Source: Thermodesulfobium acidiphilum | GTDB lineage: Bacteria; Thermodesulfobiota; Thermodesulfobiia; Thermodesulfobiales; Thermodesulfobiaceae | Assembly: GCF_003057965.1 (NCBI RefSeq) | Contig: NZ_CP020921.1 | Span: 514,916 to 546,915 of the forward strand | Length of the DNA stretch: 32,000 nt | Direction: 5' to 3' | In this document: in pieces, positions 1-8,492 of the stretch | Numbering within the stretch: the first letter of the stretch is position 1 | Layout: each line of letters opens with the position of its first letter | The notes under the pieces: generated by a model | What the model saw: the letters and a program-made list of their open reading frames with translations, nothing else | Databases searched by the model: none | What the model was told of the DNA's origin: nothing | Position numbers and translations under genes: made by a program

Positions 1-762
1 ATTACAGTAATTGCACCAGAAGACAAGCAAAAAATTGCACAAGAACTGCTCCAAAATCTTGATAAACCTCTTAAACAAATAGAAGTTCAGGTAATGGTTA
101 TTGAACTTGACAATCAGGGAATAAAACAATTAGGTATACAATGGCCAAATAATGTTCAGGTTTCCGGCAGTGTAACCGGTACAAGGACTTATGGTACCTC
201 AAAAAGTAAATCCAGCGTTTATACCGGTACGATTTCTAATATTACTGCAAGTCTTTATGCTCAGCTAAACAATAATAATGCAAAAATACTTTCAGATCCG
301 AGAATTCTTGCTTTGGATGGGCAGGATTCATATGTGTTTGCCGGTGATAAGTTGTATATACCTCAGGTATCTTCTGCTACTGGGGGTAACGTAACGTATA
401 CTACAAATGAGTATGACGTGGGAGTTTTGTTAAAAATTACTCCATTTATAGGCGAAAATGGAGAGATTACTATCCACGTGACTCCATCTGTTTCTGCATT
501 TAATGGCGATGTGACTCAGCTTCAGATTAATCAACCCTTTACTACGACTATAAGAGAAGCTGACGTTACAGCAAGAGTAAAAGATGGCCAAACATTTTAT
601 ATCGGTGGCCTAATTAACGATCAAGAGAGAAAACAAACTATTTCTGTACCGGGATTAGGAAATATGCCACTTCTTGGTCCAATGTTTAGATATGATTACA
701 CCATGAAGAGTAGGACAGAAGTGATATTCTTGCTTACACCTCATATTGTTAAAAATAGCTAG
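1..762 (+). CDS. Secretin (PilQ/GspD family) C-terminal part, truncated by the left edge of the window
   Basis: The frame is open from base 1 (ITVIAPEDKQKIAQELLQNLDKPLKQIEVQVMVIELDNQG...) and ends at TAG 760-762. Secretin motifs: 'VQVMVIELDNQGIKQLGIQW', 'VGVLLKITPFIGENGEITIHVTPSVS', 'VPGLGNMPLLGPMFRYDYTMKSRTEVIFLLTPHIV'. Confidence 0.9.
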   Translation: MTVIAPEDKQKIAQELLQNLDKPLKQIEVQVMVIELDNQGIKQLGIQWPNNVQVSGSVTGTRTYGTSKSKSSVYTGTISNITASLYAQLNNNNAKILSDPRILALDGQDSYVFAGDKLYIPQVSSATGGNVTYTTNEYDVGVLLKITPFIGENGEITIHVTPSVSAFNGDVTQLQINQPFTTTIREADVTARVKDGQTFYIGGLINDQERKQTISVPGLGNMPLLGPMFRYDYTMKSRTEVIFLLTPHIVKNS

Positions 763-1571
763 TGTTAAAAAGATTTTCTTTTGTTATCTTAATAGTATGT
801 GGGGTATTGTTTCTTTTTGCGGGAAGTAGGGTATTACATACTGATAGACCTCAAAATGACAACGAGCCGGTTAAGGAGGAAGTTGTAAACAATCAAAACG
901 AGAGTATTACTCCTAAAGCTAGTAACAAAAGAACAGCTAAAGAACAAAAAGTTGATGAAGCATCTAAAATTTATAGTTCAAGATATGAGATAGATCGAAC
1001 AAAAGGCAAAACTGTAGTTCTTACATTTGATGCGGGAGCTGATGGTAGTAGGTTACCTGAAATTCTAGATATTTTATCAGAAAATCACGTGAAGGCAACC
1101 TTTTTTCTTACCGGACCCTTTTGTGAAAGGTATCCTAACCTTGTTAAAAAAATTACGGCGTATGGTTTTGAAGTTGGAAATCATTCTTATGCTCATAAAG
1201 ATATGACAACAATGTCGAACGAAGCAATTAGAGAAGACATACTTAAAGCTCAAGAAATAATTATCAGAACTACTGGACAGGATCCAAGGCCATGGTTTAG
1301 ACCTCCTTATGGAGCCAGGGATGATAGGGTTAGAGAGGTATTAAAATCTTTGGGATACGAAACAGTTTATTGGACTATCGATTCTCTTGATTGGGAAGAT
1401 AACATGACTGTTGAAAGGGAAAAAAATAGAATATATAATAATCTTAAAGATGGAAGTATAATCTTACTTCATATCGGAAGTAAAACAACTCCAATAATTC
1501 TTTCGGAAATGATAAAGTACTTTATAGGCAAGGGTTATAGAGTTACAGATCTGTCAGGTGCTCTTAGATAA
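762..1571 (+). CDS. Polysaccharide deacetylase (NodB homology domain) with N-terminal membrane anchor
   Basis: GTG start overlaps the preceding TAG. NodB motifs: TFDAG, 'NHVKATFFLTGPFCERYPNLVKKI', 'EVGNHSYAHKDM', 'FRPPYGARDD', 'TIDSLDWED'. Hydrophobic N-terminus. Confidence 0.92.
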   Translation: MLKRFSFVILIVCGVLFLFAGSRVLHTDRPQNDNEPVKEEVVNNQNESITPKASNKRTAKEQKVDEASKIYSSRYEIDRTKGKTVVLTFDAGADGSRLPEILDILSENHVKATFFLTGPFCERYPNLVKKITAYGFEVGNHSYAHKDMTTMSNEAIREDILKAQEIIIRTTGQDPRPWFRPPYGARDDRVREVLKSLGYETVYWTIDSLDWEDNMTVEREKNRIYNNLKDGSIILLHIGSKTTPIILSEMIKYFIGKGYRVTDLSGALR

Positions 1572-1586
1572 GTAAGGAGGGCGTAT

Positions 1587-2045
1587 ATGAAAATTCTTGT
1601 AGCTGTCGATGGCACCAAGTATTCTAGAGAGGCAGTTTTGTGGGCAGTTAAAATAGCTAAAAAAGAAAAGGATGCTAAAATAATAGCACTCTATGTTGAA
1701 AGGCAGCTTTCGAGGGAAGATTATTTATTATCTGATGATGAAATTGATCTTAAAATTGAAAAAAAAGCAAATGATATATTTGTAAAATCGTTTGAAGATA
1801 TAGATATTGAGGGTGTCGAAGTTGAAAGAATAGTAGAAAGGGGTAGTCCTGCATCAAAAATATTAGATGTTTCTGATAGGGAAGATGTAGATTTGATAGT
1901 TGTTGGAAATAGATCGAGATCAGGAATTAGCAATTTCTTTTTGGGATCGGTGTCTGACAAAGTTTTTACTTATTCAGTAAGACCTGTTCTTGTTGTAAAG
2001 ACAAGAGAAAAAGAACCTGAAATAGAAACAGTAGCTATAACTTAG
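1587..2045 (+). CDS. Universal stress protein, UspA family
   Basis: MKILVAVDGTKYSREAVLWAVKIA... ending with 'DLIVVGNRSRSGISNFFLGSVSDKVFTYSVRPVLVV', the UspA ATP-binding G-x2-G-x9-G(S/T) region. SD 'aaggagg' upstream. Confidence 0.93.
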   Translation: MKILVAVDGTKYSREAVLWAVKIAKKEKDAKIIALYVERQLSREDYLLSDDEIDLKIEKKANDIFVKSFEDIDIEGVEVERIVERGSPASKILDVSDREDVDLIVVGNRSRSGISNFFLGSVSDKVFTYSVRPVLVVKTREKEPEIETVAIT

Positions 2046-3135
2046 TTTTAAAGATATTTTTAGCTTCTTTGTAATTATCAATAAGAGAAAGCGTAATTTT
2101 TTCCCAGGAGAAATTTATTGCATAAGGTCTTGCTTTTTTTTCCAGTTCTGTTCTTGCATCTTTATTTTTAATCAAATAACATATTTTTTGTGCAAGATCA
2201 TTTGGATCGTTTGGTTCAACTAATAAACCATATTGACCATTTTTTAAAAGACTTCTAAAACCAGTGATGTTTGAAGCAACAACTGCTGTCCCGCATGAAA
2301 GTGCTTCTAGAATAGTCATACCGAAACTTTCGCCACCTAATGCTGGTGAACAAAATATCCAGGCTTTTGAGTATTCTCTTGCAAGGTCTTCTTCGCTTAA
2401 TTCTCCAAGAAACTTTATGCCATCAAGATCTTGAAATTTGTTAATTCTTTTTTCAGTAGAATATCCAGCAATTCTAAGTTGCGCATCAGGGAATTTTTTG
2501 AAAATTTTATTCCATGCTCTTAATAGCACATCAAGCCCTTTTCTTTTTTCAAGTCTTCCAACAAAAAGTATTGTCGGTTGTTGAAATTTTTCAGAGGGGG
2601 CAAATATGTCAATATTAACTCCATTTGGTATGATTTTAAAATCTCCATTAATATATTGTTCTGCAAAGTGCATTGATGCTTCTGAAACAGCAATTTTAAC
2701 ATTTATCCTTTCGGAAAATTTTTTTGAAATTGGTTTAAACCATTCAAAGGGGAAAGGTATATCAGAATAGGCGTGAAAAGTACCTACTATTGGTTTATTT
2801 ATAGTAAATATAGAAAAAAGAGATGGACCTGGTGCAAATGGTTCGTGTATGTGCCATATATCGAAGTTTTCTTTAAGCAAAAGTATTTTTCCGAGAGCTC
2901 CTGGGGTAGGTGCAAGTCTTGCTATAGAACCATTTGTCATAAAAGGAAAAGATCTACCTACTGTGTGAAATCTTGAGTGATCAATATTGTAGGCAAGTGG
3001 TTTTCCTGGTTCTGCAGGAGCAATTATGTGCGTTTCTATGTTGTATTTGTCAAAGAATTTCTGTAGAAAAAAAAGGTGAGTATTAACTCCTCCTTTAAAG
3101 GAGAAAGAGTATGGGCTGACAAGGGCTACCTTCAT
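2035..3135 (-). CDS. GT4-family glycosyltransferase, similar to phosphatidylinositol mannosyltransferase PimA
   Basis: MKVALVSPYSFSFKGGVNTHLFFLQKFF; 'FMTNGSIARLAPTPGALGKI', 'DIWHIHEPFAPGPSLFSIF' and 'PIVGTFHAYSD' resemble PimA; GT4 signature 'SPALGGESFGMTILEALSCGTAVVASNITG'. ATGA overlap with the upstream acyltransferase. Confidence 0.85.
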   Translation of the reverse strand: MKVALVSPYSFSFKGGVNTHLFFLQKFFDKYNIETHIIAPAEPGKPLAYNIDHSRFHTVGRSFPFMTNGSIARLAPTPGALGKILLLKENFDIWHIHEPFAPGPSLFSIFTINKPIVGTFHAYSDIPFPFEWFKPISKKFSERINVKIAVSEASMHFAEQYINGDFKIIPNGVNIDIFAPSEKFQQPTILFVGRLEKRKGLDVLLRAWNKIFKKFPDAQLRIAGYSTEKRINKFQDLDGIKFLGELSEEDLAREYSKAWIFCSPALGGESFGMTILEALSCGTAVVASNITGFRSLLKNGQYGLLVEPNDPNDLAQKICYLIKNKDARTELEKKARPYAINFSWEKITLSLIDNYKEAKNIFKTKL

Positions 3136-3998
3136 TCGTAATCATCTCCAATCCAATTGGGTTGAAAGATAAACCATTGTGTTGGACTGATCTTTATCAT
3201 TTCTTCTAGATTTTTTATTAATAAATTTGTTATTTCTTCCTTTGAACTTTCACTTTTATACTCTATTTCTTTGAAGTATATTTGATATTTTTTGTTTAAT
3301 CTATACAAACCAGCTATAAAAAGTTTTGGGTTAGTTCTCTTTATTAAAATTGAAGGTCCATCGTTGAAGATACATTCTCTTCCAAAAAATGTTGTTTTTA
3401 TTCCGTGTTTTGTTAAGTTTCTGTCGACTACAAGTGCTATTACATTGCCTTTTTTTAACTCTTTTAAAGACTTTATTCCAGTAGATTCATTAAGTGGAAT
3501 TGTTTCTAATCCAGCTTTTTCTCTTGTCCATTTAAAAAATTTAAACAGCCATTTGGGCTTTATTGACTCAGCTACTGCAAATGTTTTTTTGTTACACTCT
3601 TTTGATATTGATGATATTATGTAAGACCCTAGGTCCCAATTGCCAAAGTGAGCAGTAATAACAACTATGCCTTTATCATTTGCTTTTAGAAAACAATTTC
3701 TTAATATTGAATATGATTCTTGAAAGTTATTGATAAAGTATTTAGTAAATTTTATTAAAAGCGGCAATAAAATTATTTCAAGATAATAAATTGAGTAATT
3801 ATAAAAGTTTTGACTGACAAGAATATTTAACTCTTTTTCGCTTAAATTTGGAAATAAATTTTTAAATCTTAATTTTGCTAAACGAAATCCTTTTTTATGA
3901 AGTGATTTCATAAAAAAGGAAATAGGACGTGCAAAAAACCTTATATTTTCGAATATAAAATAACACAGAAAAATTTTAATCCTTTCTTTAAAAAACAT
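3132..3998 (-). CDS. Lysophospholipid acyltransferase family protein (LpxL/HtrB / PatA-like)
   Basis: HxxxxD motif in 'GIVVITAHFGNWDLGSYIIS', 'VVDRNLTKHGIKTTFFGRE' and C-terminal 'MIKISPTQWFIFQPNW'. About 288 aa. Confidence 0.85.
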   Translation of the reverse strand: MFFKERIKIFLCYFIFENIRFFARPISFFMKSLHKKGFRLAKLRFKNLFPNLSEKELNILVSQNFYNYSIYYLEIILLPLLIKFTKYFINNFQESYSILRNCFLKANDKGIVVITAHFGNWDLGSYIISSISKECNKKTFAVAESIKPKWLFKFFKWTREKAGLETIPLNESTGIKSLKELKKGNVIALVVDRNLTKHGIKTTFFGRECIFNDGPSILIKRTNPKLFIAGLYRLNKKYQIYFKEIEYKSESSKEEITNLLIKNLEEMIKISPTQWFIFQPNWIGDDYE

Positions 3999-4050
3999 TC
4001 TTATGCCTTACTTTAAGAGAGTTTAAAATTCCTGACAAGGATATAGCTTT

Positions 4051-4629
4051 TCAATTTTGTTTATATCCCTTGAATGCTATTAAAATTCTTTGAAAAGTTG
4101 TAAATATCGAAAGTATTGTAAGTATTATAAGTCCCTGTAATAAATAGCCAGTTGCCAAAAACACAACTAGCAATAAAAGCCTTTCTGGTCTTTGCATAAG
4201 TCCACCCTTGATAGGAACATTGTCGCATTCTGCTCTTGCCTTCGAGTAAGATATCATGTAAGAAAAAACCATTGATAAAAAAGAGAAAATTATAATAAGA
4301 TTATTAGTATTTATGATTCCATATATGGCTATAAAAGTAAAAATAAAGCCTTCAGATAGCCTATCAAGAGTTGAATCTAAAAAACCTCCAAATTTGGTTA
4401 TTTTCCCGGAAATTCTTGCAACCAACCCATCTACAGAGTCGAATGAAACTGCAATTAATAAAAGCAAAGCGCTAATTATATTTGGAAGAAATATAATTGA
4501 AAGTGATGCAAGAAAGGTTGTTATAGTGCAAAAAATAGTTATAGAATTTGGAGAAATATTCATTTTTGATAAAAGTTTTGCTATAGGATAAATAATTGGT
4601 TTTATTAATTTTCTTTTATCTATTTCCAT
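4051..4629 (-). CDS. CDP-alcohol phosphatidyltransferase; candidate phosphatidylinositol(-phosphate) synthase
   Basis: Complete CDP-AP signature D-x2-D-G-x2-A-R-x8-G-x3-D-x3-D in 'DSVDGLVARISGKITKFGGFLDSTLDR'; multiple TM segments. The substrate is inferred from the neighbouring inositol-phosphate synthase and PimA-like genes. Confidence 0.85.
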   Translation of the reverse strand: MEIDKRKLIKPIIYPIAKLLSKMNISPNSITIFCTITTFLASLSIIFLPNIISALLLLIAVSFDSVDGLVARISGKITKFGGFLDSTLDRLSEGFIFTFIAIYGIINTNNLIIIFSFLSMVFSYMISYSKARAECDNVPIKGGLMQRPERLLLLVVFLATGYLLQGLIILTILSIFTTFQRILIAFKGYKQN

Positions 4630-5350
4630 TTATCAGTTTGCTACCTATTTTTTGTGCGATATTTTTTATATCTGAATTTAGTCTTGTTTTAGCAATTCTT
4701 ATATGATCCTTAACACTCCAAAACTCTCCATATGCTCTGGTTTGTCTATTTATAATAGCGTTTTTCACGTCTTCGAGATTTTTTATACTTTTGGGGAACA
4801 AAGTGTATGCACTTCCTATTGTGTCCAGCGTATGAGAATCAGTACCGGCAAGTTCTGCCAATTTTAAAATTTTATTTAGTTCTATTACCTTTTGCCTGAC
4901 TACTCTACCAGCAAGCGTAGGATTTATTATTTCTATTGCATCTGGTTTTGGAAAGGTTTCTTTTTTAAATATATTTTTTATACAACGAAGTGAGACGCTA
5001 TACGTTAAAGGACTCATTGGATGAGGAAGAACTATTATTCCGCCTGATTCATACGTTATTTCTATAGTTTTATAAATACTGGTAAATTTCCTTATGTGTT
5101 TGTCTATAAAAAGACAAATTATGTGACCTTGTAGGGTAGTTACTTCAACTCCAGGAACTACAATTATTCCATATTTTTCTCCTAATTCAACAGCCTTTAG
5201 GGATCCCTTTATATTGTCATGATCTGTTATGGCAATTATTTTGAGATCCGTATAGTTTGCTACATATCTAACTATTTCTTCCGGTGACGCTATTCCATCG
5301 CTGAAACTGCTGTGTATGTGAAGATCGGCTTTAACAAAATTTTTATCCAT
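4616..5350 (-). CDS. PHP-domain metal-dependent phosphoesterase
   Basis: PHP motifs 'ADLHIHSSFSDG', 'IAITDHDNIKG', 'IIVVPGVEVTT', 'IIVLPHPMS', 'LAGTDSHT'. Confidence 0.88.
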   Translation of the reverse strand: MDKNFVKADLHIHSSFSDGIASPEEIVRYVANYTDLKIIAITDHDNIKGSLKAVELGEKYGIIVVPGVEVTTLQGHIICLFIDKHIRKFTSIYKTIEITYESGGIIVLPHPMSPLTYSVSLRCIKNIFKKETFPKPDAIEIINPTLAGRVVRQKVIELNKILKLAELAGTDSHTLDTIGSAYTLFPKSIKNLEDVKNAIINRQTRAYGEFWSVKDHIRIAKTRLNSDIKNIAQKIGSKLINGNR

Positions 5351-6029
5351 TTTTTATCTCCATTGGCAAAAAAATATACCACTGTTGTGGATAAGTTTTT
5401 ACGTATTTTTCAAAATAATTTACCCATTCTTGCATTGTGGCTTTGTAGTCCTTTTTTGGCTTAATATATTCTTCTATGTAGCAATCAAAACTAAATGGTT
5501 GCTTCCTGATTATAAATACTGGTAGAATTGGACACTGCCTTGAAGATGCTATCTGAAAAGCTGCTTTCGGAAAAGGAATTTTATGATTTAAAAAATTTAT
5601 ATATTCAGATGGATGATTTGAAGCTATATCACTAAGCATACATAAAATTTGATTTTTCTTAAGCGAGCTTATTATTTCTCTTAATCCACCTTTTGCAGGA
5701 ATCACATCAAAGCCAATTCTTGAACGGATTAATTTTATTAAATGACCAGCAAAAGGGAAATCAAGGTTTGCAACAACTTTTAATTTGATACCTCTGTGTT
5801 CAAATAAACTTCCTGCATCCCAGTTGCCTATATGTGCCGTATTCACTATTACCCCTCTTTTCAAAGATAAAGCTTCATCAAGTCTTTCTAAATTAAAAAA
5901 ATTTATATTAAAACTCTTTTTATTTAAAACTAATACTAATACTTCGTATATATAGTCGCTATATGATACAAGAGCTTCTTTGGCAAGCGTTTCATAATCT
6001 GGATGATTGGATGCATTGCCTATTATTTT
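5343..6029 (-). pseudogene. Second HxxxxD acyltransferase (LpxL/PatA-like) with an abnormal 5' end; the tool ORF 5343..5864 (TTG) is an internal start. Possibly frameshifted or degraded, or a non-canonical start
   Basis: 'NLERLDEALSLKRGVIVNTAHIGNWDAGSLFEHRG...' has the H-I-G-N-W-D motif and C-terminal 'KTYPQQWYIFLP'. The frame is open upstream of TTG 5864 to the stop at 6030-6032 and encodes family-like '...DYETLAKEALVSYSDYIYEVLVLVLNKKSFNINFFNLERLDEALSL', with no ATG/GTG/TTG in that stretch. Confidence 0.6.
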
Positions 6030-6120
6030 ATAGTTGTTTAATATAATTTCCCTCTTTTTTTTATTATCCCAATAAATACCAAAAATAACTCTTTTAATTA
6101 TTTTTTTTATTAATAACAGA

Positions 6121-7185
6121 TTATTCTCCCTTTATAAAACTTTCAAGCATTGCTCTTGCTTGTGTGTCAGGATATTGTACTGGGGGGCTTTTCATGAGGT
6201 ATGCGCAAGCGCTGATTATTGGCCCACCTAATTTTCTATCTTTTGCTAACTTTACCAGCCTTAGTGCATCAACTATTATTCCCGCAGAATTTGGGGAATC
6301 CCATACCTCTAATTTGCATTCTATATTCAATGGGACTTCACCAAAAGCTTTGCTTTCTATCCTTATATATGCCCATTTCCTATCATGTAACCATGGAATA
6401 TAGTCTGAGGGCCCTATGTGTATATTTTCTTCTGACATAGGTTCTGGCATTAATGAGTTTACAGCATTTGTTTTGCTAATCTTTTTTGATTCCAGTCTTT
6501 CTCTTTCTAGCATATTTAAGAAATCCAAATTACCCCCAACGTTGAGTTGGAACGTTCTCTCTATTTCAAGACCCCTGTCAAGGCAAATTTGAGTAAGGGC
6601 CCTATGTAAAATTGTAGCACCAAGCTGAGATTTTATGTCGTCACCTATTATTGGCAAATTTTTGTCTTCAAATTTCTTTGCCCAATCACTATTGCTTGCT
6701 ATAAAAACGGGAATCGCATTAATAACGCCTAGATTTGCTTCTAATGCACAGTTCATGTAGAATTCTGTAGCTTTTTGACTCCCCACAGGTAAATAGTTTA
6801 TTAAAACATCTGCCTTTGATTCTTTTAAAACTTTTACTACATCAACTGGTTCTTTTTTCGATTCTATAATTGCTTTTGCAGCATATTTGCCAATTCCATC
6901 ATTCGTGTGTCCTCTCATAACAGTTACGCCTAAGTTTGGAACGTCATGAAGCTTTATGGTATTATTAGGCGCTGTAAATATGGCTTCAGAGAGATCTTTG
7001 TCTACTTTTCTTTCGTCAATATCAAAGGCGGCCACGAAACGAATATTTTCTAATTTATATGGACCAATCTTTTCATGAATTAAACCGATGGGTTTTTTGT
7101 GTGAGTTTTTATAAAATTCAACACCTTGCACTAAAGAGGAGGCACAATTCCCAACCCCAACTATTGCAACTCTTATTTCTTGCAT
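6121..7185 (-). CDS. ino1: myo-inositol-1(3)-phosphate synthase
   Basis: MQEIRVAIVGVGNCASSLVQGVEFY (Rossmann), 'RFVAAFDIDERKV', 'VLINYLPVGSQKATEFY', 'VIPVFIASNSDWAKKF...PIIGDDIKSQLGATILHR', 'LNVGGNLDFLNMLERERLESKKISKTNAV'. The first 25 aa of the track ORF (start 7260) are unlikely; ATG 7185 is preceded by GAAAGGAGTTATAAA. Confidence 0.93.
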   Translation of the reverse strand: MQEIRVAIVGVGNCASSLVQGVEFYKNSHKKPIGLIHEKIGPYKLENIRFVAAFDIDERKVDKDLSEAIFTAPNNTIKLHDVPNLGVTVMRGHTNDGIGKYAAKAIIESKKEPVDVVKVLKESKADVLINYLPVGSQKATEFYMNCALEANLGVINAIPVFIASNSDWAKKFEDKNLPIIGDDIKSQLGATILHRALTQICLDRGLEIERTFQLNVGGNLDFLNMLERERLESKKISKTNAVNSLMPEPMSEENIHIGPSDYIPWLHDRKWAYIRIESKAFGEVPLNIECKLEVWDSPNSAGIIVDALRLVKLAKDRKLGGPIISACAYLMKSPPVQYPDTQARAMLESFIKGE

Positions 7186-7186
7186 T

Positions 7187-7843
7187 TTATAACTCCTTTC
7201 TTTTTTGAAAACTTGCTGATATTTTATAAAAGATATTCTCAAGAAAAAAATATTTTCCAACTATTTTGGCTTCACTCAAAATTTTTACCAAATTTTCTCT
7301 CGAAACGTTTAGTTCTGTTTCAACATAAGAATAGGTTTTACCGAATCCTTCTATTGAGTGTGCATCACTTCCTGCTGCAACCACCTTTCTATTTTTTGTT
7401 GCAAACTCTTTAGCAAGAAAATTTTCATAGGGCAACGATTTAGCATTAAACGATTCAATTATATCAAATTCATCTAAGAGAGCTCTTTTAACAGAATTTT
7501 TTAATGCACTTCTAAAAAAGGAAAACGGATGAGGAAGATATACAAGAGCATTCTGCGCTCTAATTTGCTTTATAGTTTCAGATGCGCTCAGATATGGTTT
7601 AATTTCTTTTTGTAGGAATAGTCCAATTATTTCTCCTTGAGTAGTAAGAATTTCTTCTCCTATAATAATTTCAATATCCCTTATTCTATCCCTTGCAATC
7701 AGTGCCCCCTTTATCGTGTTGTGATCGGTAATGGCGATTACGTTTATGCCACTTAGTATAGACTTTTTGTGCAGTTGTTCTATAGAAATATTTGAATCTT
7801 TAGAAAAATCAGTATGAACGTGTAAGTCTATTTTATATTTCAT
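7187..7843 (-). CDS. PHP-domain metal-dependent phosphoesterase (paralogue of 4616..5350)
   Basis: 'KIDLHVHTDFSKDS', 'VIAITDHNTIKGA', 'EIIIGEEILTTQGEIIGLFL', 'LVYLPHPFSFF', 'VVAAGSDAHS'. Stops 1 nt before the ino1 ATG. Confidence 0.88.
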   Translation of the reverse strand: MKYKIDLHVHTDFSKDSNISIEQLHKKSILSGINVIAITDHNTIKGALIARDRIRDIEIIIGEEILTTQGEIIGLFLQKEIKPYLSASETIKQIRAQNALVYLPHPFSFFRSALKNSVKRALLDEFDIIESFNAKSLPYENFLAKEFATKNRKVVAAGSDAHSIEGFGKTYSYVETELNVSRENLVKILSEAKIVGKYFFLENIFYKISASFQKRKEL

Positions 7844-8487
7844 TTATTATTAGAAATTCCTACCTTTGGACAAATATCGTTTAATATACATTCCTGACAT
7901 TTAGGATTTTTTGCAGTACATATTGTTCTTCCGTGTTGATTTAACATATATGAGAATTTAAACCAATTTTTTTCTTCCACATTTGAAGAAATCTCTCTTT
8001 CAACAGTTATTGGATCGGCTTTTTTTACAAGAGCTAAGCGCATAGCCAATCTCTTAACGTGAGTGTCAACGACTATAGCGCTTTTATTAAATACATAGCC
8101 TAAAATAGCATATGACGACTTTCTTCCTAATCCAGGAATTTTAATAAGGTCATTGAAATTATTTGGTAAAGTTGAATTGAAGTGTTTGATTATATACTTT
8201 GCCCCTTCCTTAAGAGACTTTGCCTTATTGTGATAGAATCCGGTTGAATGTATTGCTTCTTCTAATTCCTCTAATGATATTCTGTCTAAATCTTCAAAGC
8301 TTTTTATACGTTTAAACAATTCTTTAGTTACCGTATTTACTTTTTCGTCTGTGCACTGAGCCGCAAGAACAATGGCCACATAAAATTCGAAAGGAGTGTT
8401 AAAGTTCAGGTTACTTTTTATTTCAGGATAGAGAATATTAAGTCTATGTAATATTTCGGAATAGATATTAGTTTTGTTTAAAACCAT
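7840..8487 (-). CDS. nth: Endonuclease III (DNA-(apurinic or apyrimidinic site) lyase)
   Basis: HhH-GPD motif 'LIKLPGLGRKSSYAILGYVFNKSAIVVDTHVKRLAMRLAL' with catalytic Lys/Asp, and 4Fe-4S loop 'CTAKNPKCQECILNDIC' (C-x6-C-x2-C-x5-C). Confidence 0.94.
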   Translation of the reverse strand: MVLNKTNIYSEILHRLNILYPEIKSNLNFNTPFEFYVAIVLAAQCTDEKVNTVTKELFKRIKSFEDLDRISLEELEEAIHSTGFYHNKAKSLKEGAKYIIKHFNSTLPNNFNDLIKIPGLGRKSSYAILGYVFNKSAIVVDTHVKRLAMRLALVKKADPITVEREISSNVEEKNWFKFSYMLNQHGRTICTAKNPKCQECILNDICPKVGISNNK

Positions 8488-8492
8488 TTTCG

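Noticed and set aside
1721-1960. Minus-strand ORF inside the UspA gene
   Set aside because: Antisense to a clearly conserved CDS, with low-complexity Ser-rich translation and no recognisable domain.
3132-5864. Interpreting the HxxxxD acyltransferases as lipid A (LpxL) enzymes
   Set aside because: The fold family is shared, but nothing else for lipid A is in view; neighbours are inositol/PimA-type genes, so a PatA-like role is more consistent. Still undecided without phylogeny.
7180-7413. Plus-strand ORF over the ino1/PHP junction
   Set aside because: Lies opposite conserved genes and contains only a Phe/Leu-rich shadow translation.
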